From the IMG/VR virus record IMGVR_UViG_3300025867_000005: 64,000 bases of DNA, one strand, 5' to 3'. Source of the stretch: a virus. Taxonomy: Duplodnaviria; Caudoviricetes. Under the pieces are notes generated by a model. That model ran no database searches, was not told the origin of the DNA, and saw nothing but the letters and a program-made list of their open reading frames with translations. Of this stretch, positions 18,916-27,729 are shown piece after piece (positions within the stretch are counted from its first letter, which is position 1; each line of letters starts with the position of its first letter). Position numbers and translations under genes: made by a program.

Positions 18916-19338
18916 ATGAAAAAGATGATTACTGCGATATTGGCGATATCCGTTCCTGTACTCCTTATGGCGGCAGAAACAGAAATTGAAGTCCCTGGAG
19001 CTGTTACTGAATTGATCGGCGGGACTGTAGATAAGTTTGTGACAGGGACTTTTGTAATGTCTACCGGGTTTGTCGCAGCGGTACAGATTATTAAAAAGAT
19101 CATGGAAAAATTCAGGGTTGAAATAGGTGGCGTAAAGTCTCAGTTGCTTACTGTCGCTATCGGTATCACTTATGCCGTTATTGATACGGGAGTCTGGCAA
19201 GACGGCAATATTTCAAGCGCAGACATCGTTTCTATGACGCAGGCTGCAATCGCGGTTGTCTCAGGTGTATTCGGATACAAACTTCTTTGGAAGCAGCCTA
19301 GCGCATGTGTAAAGCCTTTAGAAAAACAGGAGAAATAA
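18916..19338 (+). CDS. Multi-pass membrane protein, holin-like
   Basis: Signal-like N-terminus, about 3 further hydrophobic helices, charged C-terminus. Confidence 0.5.
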   Translation: MKKMITAILAISVPVLLMAAETEIEVPGAVTELIGGTVDKFVTGTFVMSTGFVAAVQIIKKIMEKFRVEIGGVKSQLLTVAIGITYAVIDTGVWQDGNISSADIVSMTQAAIAVVSGVFGYKLLWKQPSACVKPLEKQEK

Positions 19339-19342
19339 GAAA

Positions 19343-19843
19343 ATGGAATGGATTGCGGCAATAATAGGATCTCTGGCAACGATTCTGGTTGCCGTCTTCA
19401 AATATAAGTCTGACAAGAATTCAGATGTCAAGAAACAGTTGCTTGTACAGACAGTCAAAGATTTTGAAAAGAAAATAGCAGACACGGAAACACAACTGAT
19501 ACAAGCGATGGAAAACAGTATCACCGATGTTCCGAATATCCGTATCCGTCTTATGGTTCTAAGGAAACAGCTTGTCAAAGCCAAAAAGGCGGCAGGACTT
19601 ATGTCAATCATCATTCTGTTAATGTTTTCAGGATGTAAGACACAGAACACGGTTATCATAGGAGAAAGGGTTTATATGCCGAAACCTGGGGATGTCTTGA
19701 CAGTTCCGGCGCTGAAGACTCCTGCTAAACAATGGTATCTGATAGATGATGTCGCGATGTTGAATGTATTGGGAGTCAATAAGCCGGTCATAGATAAGGA
19801 TTCTGTTACCGGAAGTGACTTTGATGCAGATCTATCTAAATAA
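19343..19843 (+). CDS. Membrane protein with internal lipobox (spanin-like?)
   Basis: N-terminal TM, coiled coil, then KAKKAAGLMSIIILLMFSG|C. Confidence 0.45.
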   Translation: MEWIAAIIGSLATILVAVFKYKSDKNSDVKKQLLVQTVKDFEKKIADTETQLIQAMENSITDVPNIRIRLMVLRKQLVKAKKAAGLMSIIILLMFSGCKTQNTVIIGERVYMPKPGDVLTVPALKTPAKQWYLIDDVAMLNVLGVNKPVIDKDSVTGSDFDADLSK

Positions 19844-19857
19844 GGAGTGAATCTAAA

Positions 19858-20526
19858 ATGGAACGTGAGACGCTTTACCTTTTGTTGGTGTTAATTTTAC
19901 TGTGTATTTCCTTCGTAAGTCCGTATGTTCTTTATCGTAGGATGGTAAGAATAGTAAACAAAAAACATGACTTTAATTTACCGAAACAAATGGTAGCGAA
20001 CAAACGTTCAGATGTTATCGCAAGTGAAACAAGGGTCTTAACAGGAGCTGACCGGGTGACGGTTATTCGGTTTCATAACGGCAGTGAATTCCTTCCGAAC
20101 AATCCGATATGGAAGATAACATCAGGAAGTCAGATGAAAGCTGACGGCGTTAGCTATGAAGACATTCAGGATGTCTTGGTTTCAAGAATCCCGGCGATTA
20201 TCGATCCCGTTATCACAGGAGAAACAGATTATGACGGTGTTTCAATTCCTGAATCCTGTAAGAGGTGCATAAGAAAGCTGTGTCAGGAAAGAAGTGCAAG
20301 AACCGTAAAATTCCAAGTTTCAGAAATGACAGGCTACTCAAAAATGTTTCTCCAAAAGAGAGGAACGGAAACCGCATACATCGCGACACTAAATAGTACA
20401 CAAGGTAAAATTTTCGGATTGCTGCTGGTTGAATTTTCAGATAAGAAAGAAGGAACAAAGGAAGAAGAAAAGACGGTAAAAATCATATGTGAAAGCACAG
20501 AAAAGCTTGCTTTTATCTTTGACTGA
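19858..20526 (+). CDS. Single-TM protein with GAF-like domain (T4 holin T-like architecture)
   Basis: N-terminal TM; GADRVTVIRFHNG and IFGLLLVEF match the pattern of a GAF fold. Confidence 0.5.
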   Translation: MERETLYLLLVLILLCISFVSPYVLYRRMVRIVNKKHDFNLPKQMVANKRSDVIASETRVLTGADRVTVIRFHNGSEFLPNNPIWKITSGSQMKADGVSYEDIQDVLVSRIPAIIDPVITGETDYDGVSIPESCKRCIRKLCQERSARTVKFQVSEMTGYSKMFLQKRGTETAYIATLNSTQGKIFGLLLVEFSDKKEGTKEEEKTVKIICESTEKLAFIFD

Positions 20527-20557
20527 AAATCGGATTCCAAAACCCTATTCATCAGAG

Positions 20558-21724
20558 ATGAATACGGTAGAAAAAGAAATAATCAAGGCAACGGTATCGC
20601 TTCTCAAAGAAAAGCCGCTTTACGCCCACATCTTTCAACAGCTTGAAAAAGTTTATGTTGGAAATGACCACCCGATAAAGACGATGGCTGTAGGTCTGAA
20701 TGCAGACAAGAAAAGAATCGTCTTTTATGTCAATGAAAGATATGTAGAGACAATAATGGACGATGTCGACTATCAGGAAATTGTTTGTAAGTCCATAGAG
20801 CATGAAATCATTCACCTTATCTTTAAACACATTTTTGATGATGTCAGAAACCTGAACTTAGAAAAAGTGAATATCGCAATGGATATCTCCTGTAACCAAT
20901 TCATTCCTAACCATCCAAATACCTGGTACAGTTATCATGATTTCGATTTCCCTTCAAACCGTACATGGAAATGGTATTATAACCACCTTCCAGGAGGAAA
21001 GAACGGGAAGAACGGAAAGAAAGAAAAGACAGAACATTCCCTGTGGGCGGGTTCAGAAGAAAAGACAGATGCTTCCAGTTCATCCATTACGAAAGAAATT
21101 GTAGATGCTATTATCAGACGTTCCGTAGAAGATGCCAAACAAACAGGGTACGGAAATATGAATTTCAACATTGTCCAAGAACTTGAGAAATTCATGATCC
21201 GTCCTAACAACACCCAGAATTGGAAAGCGCTCCTGCGTTCTTTCGTTGCAAACAGCACCGAAACATATTTGGAAACCACCAAGATGCGGATTTCTAAAAG
21301 ATACGGAACCCGTCCTGGTTTGATAAACAGAAGTCGGCTTAATCTAGCCTGTACAATAGACACTTCAATAAGCATATCAGACCGTCAAATTGAAAAATTT
21401 ATCAATGAAATAAACTGCATATGTAAGAATGATGTTGATGTGACGATAATCGAAGCTGACATTGACGTCCAAAACCACTATCGATATTCCGGTAAGTTTT
21501 CAACGAAAATACACGGCAGAGGTGGAACAGACTTTAACCCGGCGATCAAGTTCGTTGAAGAAAACGGATTTGACGCACATGTCTATTTTACGGATTTCAT
21601 TGCTGGTAAGGTAACAGAAAAATTCAAGACTCCGATTCTGTGGATGCTTACTGGCAAAATAGACAAAGCTTCTTATCCTTGTAAAAAGGGAAGGGTAGTC
21701 GTTATGGAGGAAAAAGATGTTTAG
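20558..21724 (+). CDS. DUF2201-like metallopeptidase-VWA protein (MoxR partner)
   Basis: HEIIH, NIAMDISCN, DTSIS MIDAS, GRGGTDF, YFTD. Confidence 0.85.
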   Translation: MNTVEKEIIKATVSLLKEKPLYAHIFQQLEKVYVGNDHPIKTMAVGLNADKKRIVFYVNERYVETIMDDVDYQEIVCKSIEHEIIHLIFKHIFDDVRNLNLEKVNIAMDISCNQFIPNHPNTWYSYHDFDFPSNRTWKWYYNHLPGGKNGKNGKKEKTEHSLWAGSEEKTDASSSSITKEIVDAIIRRSVEDAKQTGYGNMNFNIVQELEKFMIRPNNTQNWKALLRSFVANSTETYLETTKMRISKRYGTRPGLINRSRLNLACTIDTSISISDRQIEKFINEINCICKNDVDVTIIEADIDVQNHYRYSGKFSTKIHGRGGTDFNPAIKFVEENGFDAHVYFTDFIAGKVTEKFKTPILWMLTGKIDKASYPCKKGRVVVMEEKDV

Positions 21725-21992
21725 AATTCTCGTAACAGATGACAATCATTTCGATAGCCATGCTGGAGAAGAATGGGATGATGTAAAAGAAGTCTTAGTG
21801 AACACAAATTCCAAATTGCTTCAGGAATACGAATATCTTTTCACCGGCATGTTTCGTAGTTTGTGGAAAGAAGTGGACAAGGAAATCTATATCTTTCTTG
21901 ACGTTGGCAATCCTGTATATCTTAGCTTTTTCAATGATCTTACTGTAAAGCTTCAAGAAGAACAGATTGTGTTGACTTTGGAATTTTCATAA
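21717..21992 (+). CDS. Hypothetical protein
   Basis: Overlapping start with SD GGAGG. Confidence 0.55.
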   Translation: MFRILVTDDNHFDSHAGEEWDDVKEVLVNTNSKLLQEYEYLFTGMFRSLWKEVDKEIYIFLDVGNPVYLSFFNDLTVKLQEEQIVLTLEFS

Positions 21993-22006
21993 AGCAAGGA
22001 GAAAAG

Positions 22007-22450
22007 ATGGCAAAAGTTAATTGGGAAGTTGAAATCGAAGCGAAAGAATTGGCGAACAAACTCATTGAAAAATATCCTGACAAGTTCGGTCATATCAACA
22101 TCGACAAAATCGGGTTCTTGAGGCATCTCAGGAAGCAAGCAGATTTACCGATCAAAATCTCTGCTGTGAAATTTCCCCATTCCGTTTGGAATGACAATAT
22201 TTACATTTTCGTGGTGATGGAGGATTGCTGGAACACTTTGGAACCAAAGCAGAAAAACATCGCGGTAGCACAGGCATTGTGTTCCTTGCATAAGGATGGT
22301 TTCGTTGAAAACAGCAAGTCCTTCGGCAAGATCGTTAAGCCGGACATTATTTCCTACATGGAACTTCTCGACATCTCAGGTAATGTTCCGAATTGGCTAC
22401 ACGACACAAGTTTTGCTGATCCTCTGAGAGGAGAAGAGAAAGAAGACTAA
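22007..22450 (+). CDS. Phage metallopeptidase-like fold protein lacking HExxH
   Basis: Pattern FGHINIDKIGFL...WNTLEPKQKNIAVAQALCSL...KPDI; the expected HELxH is absent. Confidence 0.4.
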   Translation: MAKVNWEVEIEAKELANKLIEKYPDKFGHINIDKIGFLRHLRKQADLPIKISAVKFPHSVWNDNIYIFVVMEDCWNTLEPKQKNIAVAQALCSLHKDGFVENSKSFGKIVKPDIISYMELLDISGNVPNWLHDTSFADPLRGEEKED

Positions 22451-22471
22451 AGCTTACAAATAGATTTTTAT

Positions 22472-22495
22472 AGGGAGTGGAAATTTCCACTCCCT
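22472..22495. terminator. Perfect 24-bp palindrome (terminator or operator)
   Basis: AGGGAGTGGAAA/TTTCCACTCCCT, intergenic. Confidence 0.55.
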
Positions 22496-22529
22496 TTAAT
22501 CTATATAGGAATAAAGCTTAGAGGGGAAT

Positions 22530-23261
22530 ATGACAGAACTTAAAGATGTCAAGAAATTTGTTAAAAAGAATATCGACAAAAACAAACAGAAACGTGTTAT
22601 GAAGATCAATCGGCCATTTTCAGATTCTGAACTATTGGACGTTATCAGAAGAGTAGGGAAAGGTCAGCCGATAACAGAATCTAAATACAAGAAAGATAAA
22701 GAAGAAGGAGACCCTTCTACTACTTTGTTCTGGAAACGTTTCGGAAGCTTTAACAATGCAGTCGAAATGATATACGGCAGACAGATGAAAGATATGGATT
22801 ATGATGAAGTCTACTTCGTTAATCTGATCATTGAAAGCAAGGTTAGGAATCAGAAGGAATATCTTGAAAAGAGGGAAAAGCTACCAGAACTATTCCCATC
22901 TGTAAATGTCGTAGAAAAACTGTTTAAGAATTTCACCAATCTTTTCAAGGCTGCTGAACACTTTGACATCAAGAATCAATTGATGAAATGTCTTGAAGTT
23001 AAACTTGCGATAAAGAAGGCTCCTAAAATCGAAGACTATCGGGCGGCAGGTGTAAACGTTAATATTCTTTTGCGCAAGTTTGTCTTGCTAAGCGAAATAA
23101 ACAAGCGGGTTAAATTACTGGAGGAAGGTTATGAAGTCAAGAGAGGAAATCAATTACAGACTTTTGAAGATGATGGAAAAAGCATTGAAAGAGAGACGAA
23201 AAGAGTTTTTACGCCGTTCTCCGATGAATTGCGTATTCAACGTCAAGAAAAGGATTCATGA
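22530..23261 (+). CDS. Homing-endonuclease-associated-repeat DNA-binding protein
   Basis: Repeats PSTTLFWKRFGSFNNA and PSVNVVEKLFKNFTNL. Confidence 0.55.
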   Translation: MTELKDVKKFVKKNIDKNKQKRVMKINRPFSDSELLDVIRRVGKGQPITESKYKKDKEEGDPSTTLFWKRFGSFNNAVEMIYGRQMKDMDYDEVYFVNLIIESKVRNQKEYLEKREKLPELFPSVNVVEKLFKNFTNLFKAAEHFDIKNQLMKCLEVKLAIKKAPKIEDYRAAGVNVNILLRKFVLLSEINKRVKLLEEGYEVKRGNQLQTFEDDGKSIERETKRVFTPFSDELRIQRQEKDS

Positions 23262-23538
23262 TAACGGACAGATAAGCATTTGTGAAAACCAAGTGATGAC
23301 ATCTGTTTTTGATCACATCTTTATTTGTGATAATGAAGAATTCTGTAAGCAGTGTCAGCATTACAAGTGCAAGAACACAAAAGAATCGATAGAAGCCGAT
23401 TTTGAGAACATACTTAAAGATCCAAGTCTTTGTGGCAAAGCTTATCCGAAAATAGCTATGCTTAAATGGGTCATAGACGGAGAAAACGTTAAAAAGCCTA
23501 CACTCCTTAAGAGGATCGCAAATATTGTCAGGGGATAA
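23131..23538 (+). CDS. Cys-rich hypothetical protein
   Basis: SD GAGG, multiple Cys, YPKIAMLKWV. Confidence 0.55.
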   Translation: MKSREEINYRLLKMMEKALKERRKEFLRRSPMNCVFNVKKRIHDNGQISICENQVMTSVFDHIFICDNEEFCKQCQHYKCKNTKESIEADFENILKDPSLCGKAYPKIAMLKWVIDGENVKKPTLLKRIANIVRG

Positions 23539-23539
23539 C

Positions 23540-24085
23540 ATGGAATGGTACTGTTTGATCATAAATTCGACTAGCCATTACGGCAAATCGAATATCGTTG
23601 TAGAAGAAATTGAAGGAATATTTTCGAAGTCAAAAGAAAAGCCGCAGTTTATTGTCATAGAAGATAAAGAAATAAAGAAGACCGGAGAATATATGATTTT
23701 CGTCTGTTCTCCTGATTTTCAAAGCAAGAAGGAACAGATTGTCAGACTTTCTTCTGTCGTTCGAATAATTGAGAATGACGGTATAAGTTACCGCTTTTCG
23801 GATTCCGAAGTTAAGAAATTCACCAAGTCTATAGAAAAGAACGGTGCGGATATGCGTTTCAAGAAAGGAGATGTCGTCTTTGTTAGAGACGGGTATCTGA
23901 AAAACCTTTACGGGCTTGTAACTGGGAAAAACAGGGACGGGTCAAAAATAAAAGTTCTGTTTAAGTTCCATGTGCGTTCTTTTATCAGAGAATTGAATCC
24001 GAAAGACCTTAGACTAGAAAAGAATATCTTTAAGGATATGCCTTGTAACATCAGCAACCAGGACTGGTTCAAGCGCTTTGTTTGA
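23540..24085 (+). CDS. nusG: NusG-like transcription factor
   Basis: WYCL N-terminus, GEYMIFV (NGN-like), KOW motif FKKGDVVFVRDGYLKNLYGLV. Confidence 0.7.
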   Translation: MEWYCLIINSTSHYGKSNIVVEEIEGIFSKSKEKPQFIVIEDKEIKKTGEYMIFVCSPDFQSKKEQIVRLSSVVRIIENDGISYRFSDSEVKKFTKSIEKNGADMRFKKGDVVFVRDGYLKNLYGLVTGKNRDGSKIKVLFKFHVRSFIRELNPKDLRLEKNIFKDMPCNISNQDWFKRFV

Positions 24086-24102
24086 TTAAGGAGGCTTTAA
24101 AA

Positions 24103-24678
24103 GTGGCAATTCAAGTGAGTTATGTCGGCGGCGATGTCGAAAATTTTAAGGATATTTCTGTAGAAGGAGAATCAGAACAGTTCCTTACAGTTGAAAACGT
24201 CAAATATTTCCGGTCCCTGTTTTCGTTTTTAAATCCGAAAGACCGTGATATCCTTTACCTTATTTTCCTTTCCAGAAAGAAACAAACGGAAGTCCAGGAA
24301 ATTCTGGAACGTGGACAGTCAAGTCTTTGTTATGACATCAAGCAAATACGTAAACGTTTGAAATGTATTTCATATCTTAAATCTGTTTCGGACATCTTCG
24401 TCGAATTCATAGAAAAAGAAGCTTCACAGTATTTCAACGAACAGGAGAAGGCGATCCTTACGATGCTGTTTTTCTCAACATCCTATATCTGTACGGCAGA
24501 AACATTGAAGATGTCTCAGGTCAAAGTATCTTCAACCTTCGAAAAATGTCTAGAACGGCTTCTGTCTCAAAAGATATGGCCTATGTATGAAATCTTCTAC
24601 ACGATAAAGGAAAATCTGAATATCGTCAAAAGAACATATAGACGGAACGGGAAAATACTAGATGAAGTCATGGATTGA
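24103..24678 (+). CDS. Tandem sigma-region-4-like HTH protein
   Basis: Two repeats: LNPKDRDILYL..KKQTEVQEIL...QSSL and FNEQEKAILTML....TAETLKMSQ. GTG start after AGGAGG. Confidence 0.55.
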   Translation: MAIQVSYVGGDVENFKDISVEGESEQFLTVENVKYFRSLFSFLNPKDRDILYLIFLSRKKQTEVQEILERGQSSLCYDIKQIRKRLKCISYLKSVSDIFVEFIEKEASQYFNEQEKAILTMLFFSTSYICTAETLKMSQVKVSSTFEKCLERLLSQKIWPMYEIFYTIKENLNIVKRTYRRNGKILDEVMD

Positions 24679-24687
24679 TACCGACAG

Positions 24688-24716
24688 TTTTTTTGATATT
24701 AAAACAAGGATATAGG
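24688..24716 (+). promoter_or_regulatory. Putative phage late promoter (T-tract TTGATA-N12-TATAGG)
   Basis: Representative copy of a motif seen at more than 10 intergenic sites; marks the start of the head-gene block. Confidence 0.6.
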
Positions 24717-24733
24717 TAAAGAAGAGGTCAAAT

Positions 24734-25105
24734 ATGTCTAAACTTTCTAAAGAATTGGCAGAAATCAAGAAGCGCATAGCTAGCGTCAGCGTCAGTAATT
24801 CCGTTTCGGAAGACGATTCATGGTCAGAAAACTTCCGTTGGCATGCGAGTCTCGGAATTGATAGTGTTCTCGGCAACAACAAGAGACTTGTCAAGGAACT
24901 TCCGAGAGAATCAGAATACGTGAAAAGGATGTTCGTGGCGGCCGGGTGTAGAAGTGACGGCGGCAATGTCTTGGTTCACAAACTCCGTCATTGTCTTTGG
25001 GAAATGAGTGATGACAATACCTTTATAAAGCCAGTACATGCATCAGACATTTTGACACTTCAAGACCTTGAAGACGATATCACAACCATTGAAAACGAGG
25101 CATAA
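24734..25105 (+). CDS. Hypothetical protein with leader-like N-terminus
   Basis: Starts MSKLSKELAEIKKRIAS. Confidence 0.6.
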   Translation: MSKLSKELAEIKKRIASVSVSNSVSEDDSWSENFRWHASLGIDSVLGNNKRLVKELPRESEYVKRMFVAAGCRSDGGNVLVHKLRHCLWEMSDDNTFIKPVHASDILTLQDLEDDITTIENEA

Positions 25106-25108
25106 ACA

Positions 25109-26323
25109 ATGAATTTCATACAAAAAATCAACGAATTGAAGCCGGACTTTTCATGGACGGAAGATAATGAAAATTATGACGTAGAGAAGAATGAACGTAA
25201 TCCGTATGACTGCAAAGACGAACTTGAAAAACAGTGGAACGGTAAATTAGTTCCTTCTACACCTGAAGAAGGTTCTACAAAGAGAATGAGAGAAGCTAAA
25301 CAGAAAATGGTTCAGTCTGTCAGAAACATGATGAACGCAGGTTGCCGGATTGATGTCATCAAAGCCAGAATCGCGAAGAACAACAAGAAAGAAATCGTTG
25401 CGTTGTTTCAGCCGGACATCGACAAGCAGTTGAAATTGTACGGGTCTGTCGGCAGATTCATTTTGGATGCCAGAGGTTATGGTTCCTGTAAAGAAGCGTG
25501 GGCTTCTACAGTCAAGAACCCATATCGCAAGTATTTCGGATATGTTTTGGGATGCGGATGCCATGAACATGCGGAACTCAATCAGATGCCAGGACATAAA
25601 AATCAGGATTTCAAGCTTTCAGAAAGCCGTGATATGGTGGCTTCATGCTTGGAGTCAGATACGGAACATAAGTCCTATAAGGCTTGCATTCCAACTTCCC
25701 TAGTCGTGATAGCCGGTGCCGGTGACATAGACGAGAAGTGGGCCGGAAATACGATGATCGATATTATGAATGCCTGTTCTGGTGATAATGAAGGCAATGA
25801 AGAATCCGTAAAGAAGATAACGGCAAGTTGTGACAAGCCGTATGACAAGCTGAAAAAGTTTTTCATCGCATTTGAACAGGGGGAATTCCAGACGGAAGAA
25901 AGATTCATCATCAATCCAGAAGATGTCTTCACAACCACACCGCAAGAAATTGAAATTCCTGAATCAGAAGTACAGATTCCAGACATTGAAATCCCTGTAA
26001 GGAATGACAAAATCAACCTTTACGATGATCTAGAAAGGGTTGAAGTCGGAGATATGGACGGCAACAGCATGGACATAGATTTGGCGGGAGAAGCAGAACC
26101 AGTCGTTCTTTCAGGTGGTGATATTCCTTCAATAGAAATTGACATTTCTGAAAATGAATCTGGTCTTGAAGGAATCGGTAATGAAGATGTGGATATGGGA
26201 TTTTCAAGCCCGAAGGAAATAAATATTCCAGAACAAGAAGGGAATATCCAGGTAGGCTTTTCTGAAGGGCTTTCAGAAGACATTCAGGTGTCAGAAGAAG
26301 AACCTTTGGAAATACAGTTTTAA
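25109..26323 (+). CDS. Hypothetical protein with acidic C-terminal tail
   Basis: 404-aa ORF just upstream of the packaging genes. Confidence 0.65.
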   Translation: MNFIQKINELKPDFSWTEDNENYDVEKNERNPYDCKDELEKQWNGKLVPSTPEEGSTKRMREAKQKMVQSVRNMMNAGCRIDVIKARIAKNNKKEIVALFQPDIDKQLKLYGSVGRFILDARGYGSCKEAWASTVKNPYRKYFGYVLGCGCHEHAELNQMPGHKNQDFKLSESRDMVASCLESDTEHKSYKACIPTSLVVIAGAGDIDEKWAGNTMIDIMNACSGDNEGNEESVKKITASCDKPYDKLKKFFIAFEQGEFQTEERFIINPEDVFTTTPQEIEIPESEVQIPDIEIPVRNDKINLYDDLERVEVGDMDGNSMDIDLAGEAEPVVLSGGDIPSIEIDISENESGLEGIGNEDVDMGFSSPKEINIPEQEGNIQVGFSEGLSEDIQVSEEEPLEIQF

Positions 26324-26334
26324 GGATAATCAAT

Positions 26335-26871
26335 ATGGATGAGAACAAAGACCGTCAAGAAATCACGGTCTTAAATTCAGAGTTGCCTGTAGCGACAGAA
26401 GAGAGTGCATCAAAACTCTCCTATAAGAAACAGAAGATACGAGAGTTTTATAACGGGCAGACCCTTACAGAAAAACTTGCGTCTAAGGACATGTCTCTGG
26501 AAGACATTCTTGATTCCCTGGTTTCTGAATATGTAAGGGAAATCGACAATCTAGCCGGTAACATTGTGATGGCCGATGAAGTCGGGAATATAGAAAGTTC
26601 TTCTGTCATTTCCACCAAAAGAGCTGAAATAGTAGACAAGATGTTGAAAGCCTTTATGTCCAGAAAAGAATTTGACGCAAGTTCAAGCATCGACGTGAAC
26701 TCTCCTTCAATGAAAATAATTTGGAGATTCTTCATGACGAAGTGCCAGGAAAGCTTTGCGAAATCCGGTTTCAGCATAGAAATTTCGAACATTTTCTTCC
26801 AAAATCTAACCGAAGTTATGGGGGATTGGCGGAAGGAACTAAAACGGCAGATAGCCGAAATAAAAACATGA
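26335..26871 (+). CDS. Probable terminase small subunit
   Basis: Helical 178-aa protein directly upstream of the TerL genes; positional inference only. Confidence 0.4.
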   Translation: MDENKDRQEITVLNSELPVATEESASKLSYKKQKIREFYNGQTLTEKLASKDMSLEDILDSLVSEYVREIDNLAGNIVMADEVGNIESSSVISTKRAEIVDKMLKAFMSRKEFDASSSIDVNSPSMKIIWRFFMTKCQESFAKSGFSIEISNIFFQNLTEVMGDWRKELKRQIAEIKT

Positions 26872-26878
26872 GGTACAC

Positions 26879-27727
26879 ATGCAGGACATTATTGAGTTTA
26901 CAGAATCTCTTGGGATAAACTTGGAGATCGGACAGCGCATCTTTCTCAAACTGGCTTACGGATTGGAATTTGATGATAGTGATATTTATCCGGTGGAAGA
27001 TCCATTTAAATTCTATGAACCCCGTCAGATGACAGAAAAACAACTGTTTAAACATTTATCTGAAGACAATATCAAATTCGGAGAAAAAGACAGAAGGTTT
27101 GTTTCAGCGGTTTGTGGAAGACGGTCTGGAAAGACGCTGTTAGGCGCTCTTGCTATGGGATATGAATTGAAGAAATTCTTGAAGAATCCAAATCCTTGTG
27201 AATCAAATAAAATGGTAAATGGAACGAAATTTTATTTTTTGTTTTTGGCTCCCACACAAGATAGCGCGGCACATGGGCTAGATATATTCAATACTTTAAT
27301 CGCAAGAGATTCGTTCTTAAATTCAAGAATATGCTTTAAAACGATATATGAAATTTCATTTAAGACGGATGAAGATATAGAAAAAGGAAGGGATGGAACT
27401 GTTATTGTCATGTCTGGCTCTTTTGGCTCTTCATCAACAAGAGGAAAGAATGTTTATATGGCCATAGCGGAAGAAATTGAATTTGGTTTTGATTTTAAGA
27501 AGACTTTTCAGTCAGTTTCCCCATCTTTGTTCGGATTTAAAGAGAATCTTAGTTTTACCTTTTCGTCCAAGGCAAATTATTCAAATCCGATGACAAGTTA
27601 TTGCAAACCAAGATTTATTTTTAACGGTTATACCACGTTGATGAACCCAAGATGCCTTCAAAAATCAGACATTAAACATATGATTCAGAATGATTGTTGT
27701 AACTTTATCCGTGAGTTTTGTGTGTAA
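26879..27727 (+). CDS. Truncated terminase-large paralog (ATPase domain only)
   Basis: Colinear with the TerL N-half: DIIEF..., GRRSGKT, LAPTQD, FKTDEDI, RG; ends at FIREF. Confidence 0.75.
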   Translation: MQDIIEFTESLGINLEIGQRIFLKLAYGLEFDDSDIYPVEDPFKFYEPRQMTEKQLFKHLSEDNIKFGEKDRRFVSAVCGRRSGKTLLGALAMGYELKKFLKNPNPCESNKMVNGTKFYFLFLAPTQDSAAHGLDIFNTLIARDSFLNSRICFKTIYEISFKTDEDIEKGRDGTVIVMSGSFGSSSTRGKNVYMAIAEEIEFGFDFKKTFQSVSPSLFGFKENLSFTFSSKANYSNPMTSYCKPRFIFNGYTTLMNPRCLQKSDIKHMIQNDCCNFIREFCV

Positions 27728-27729
27728 CA

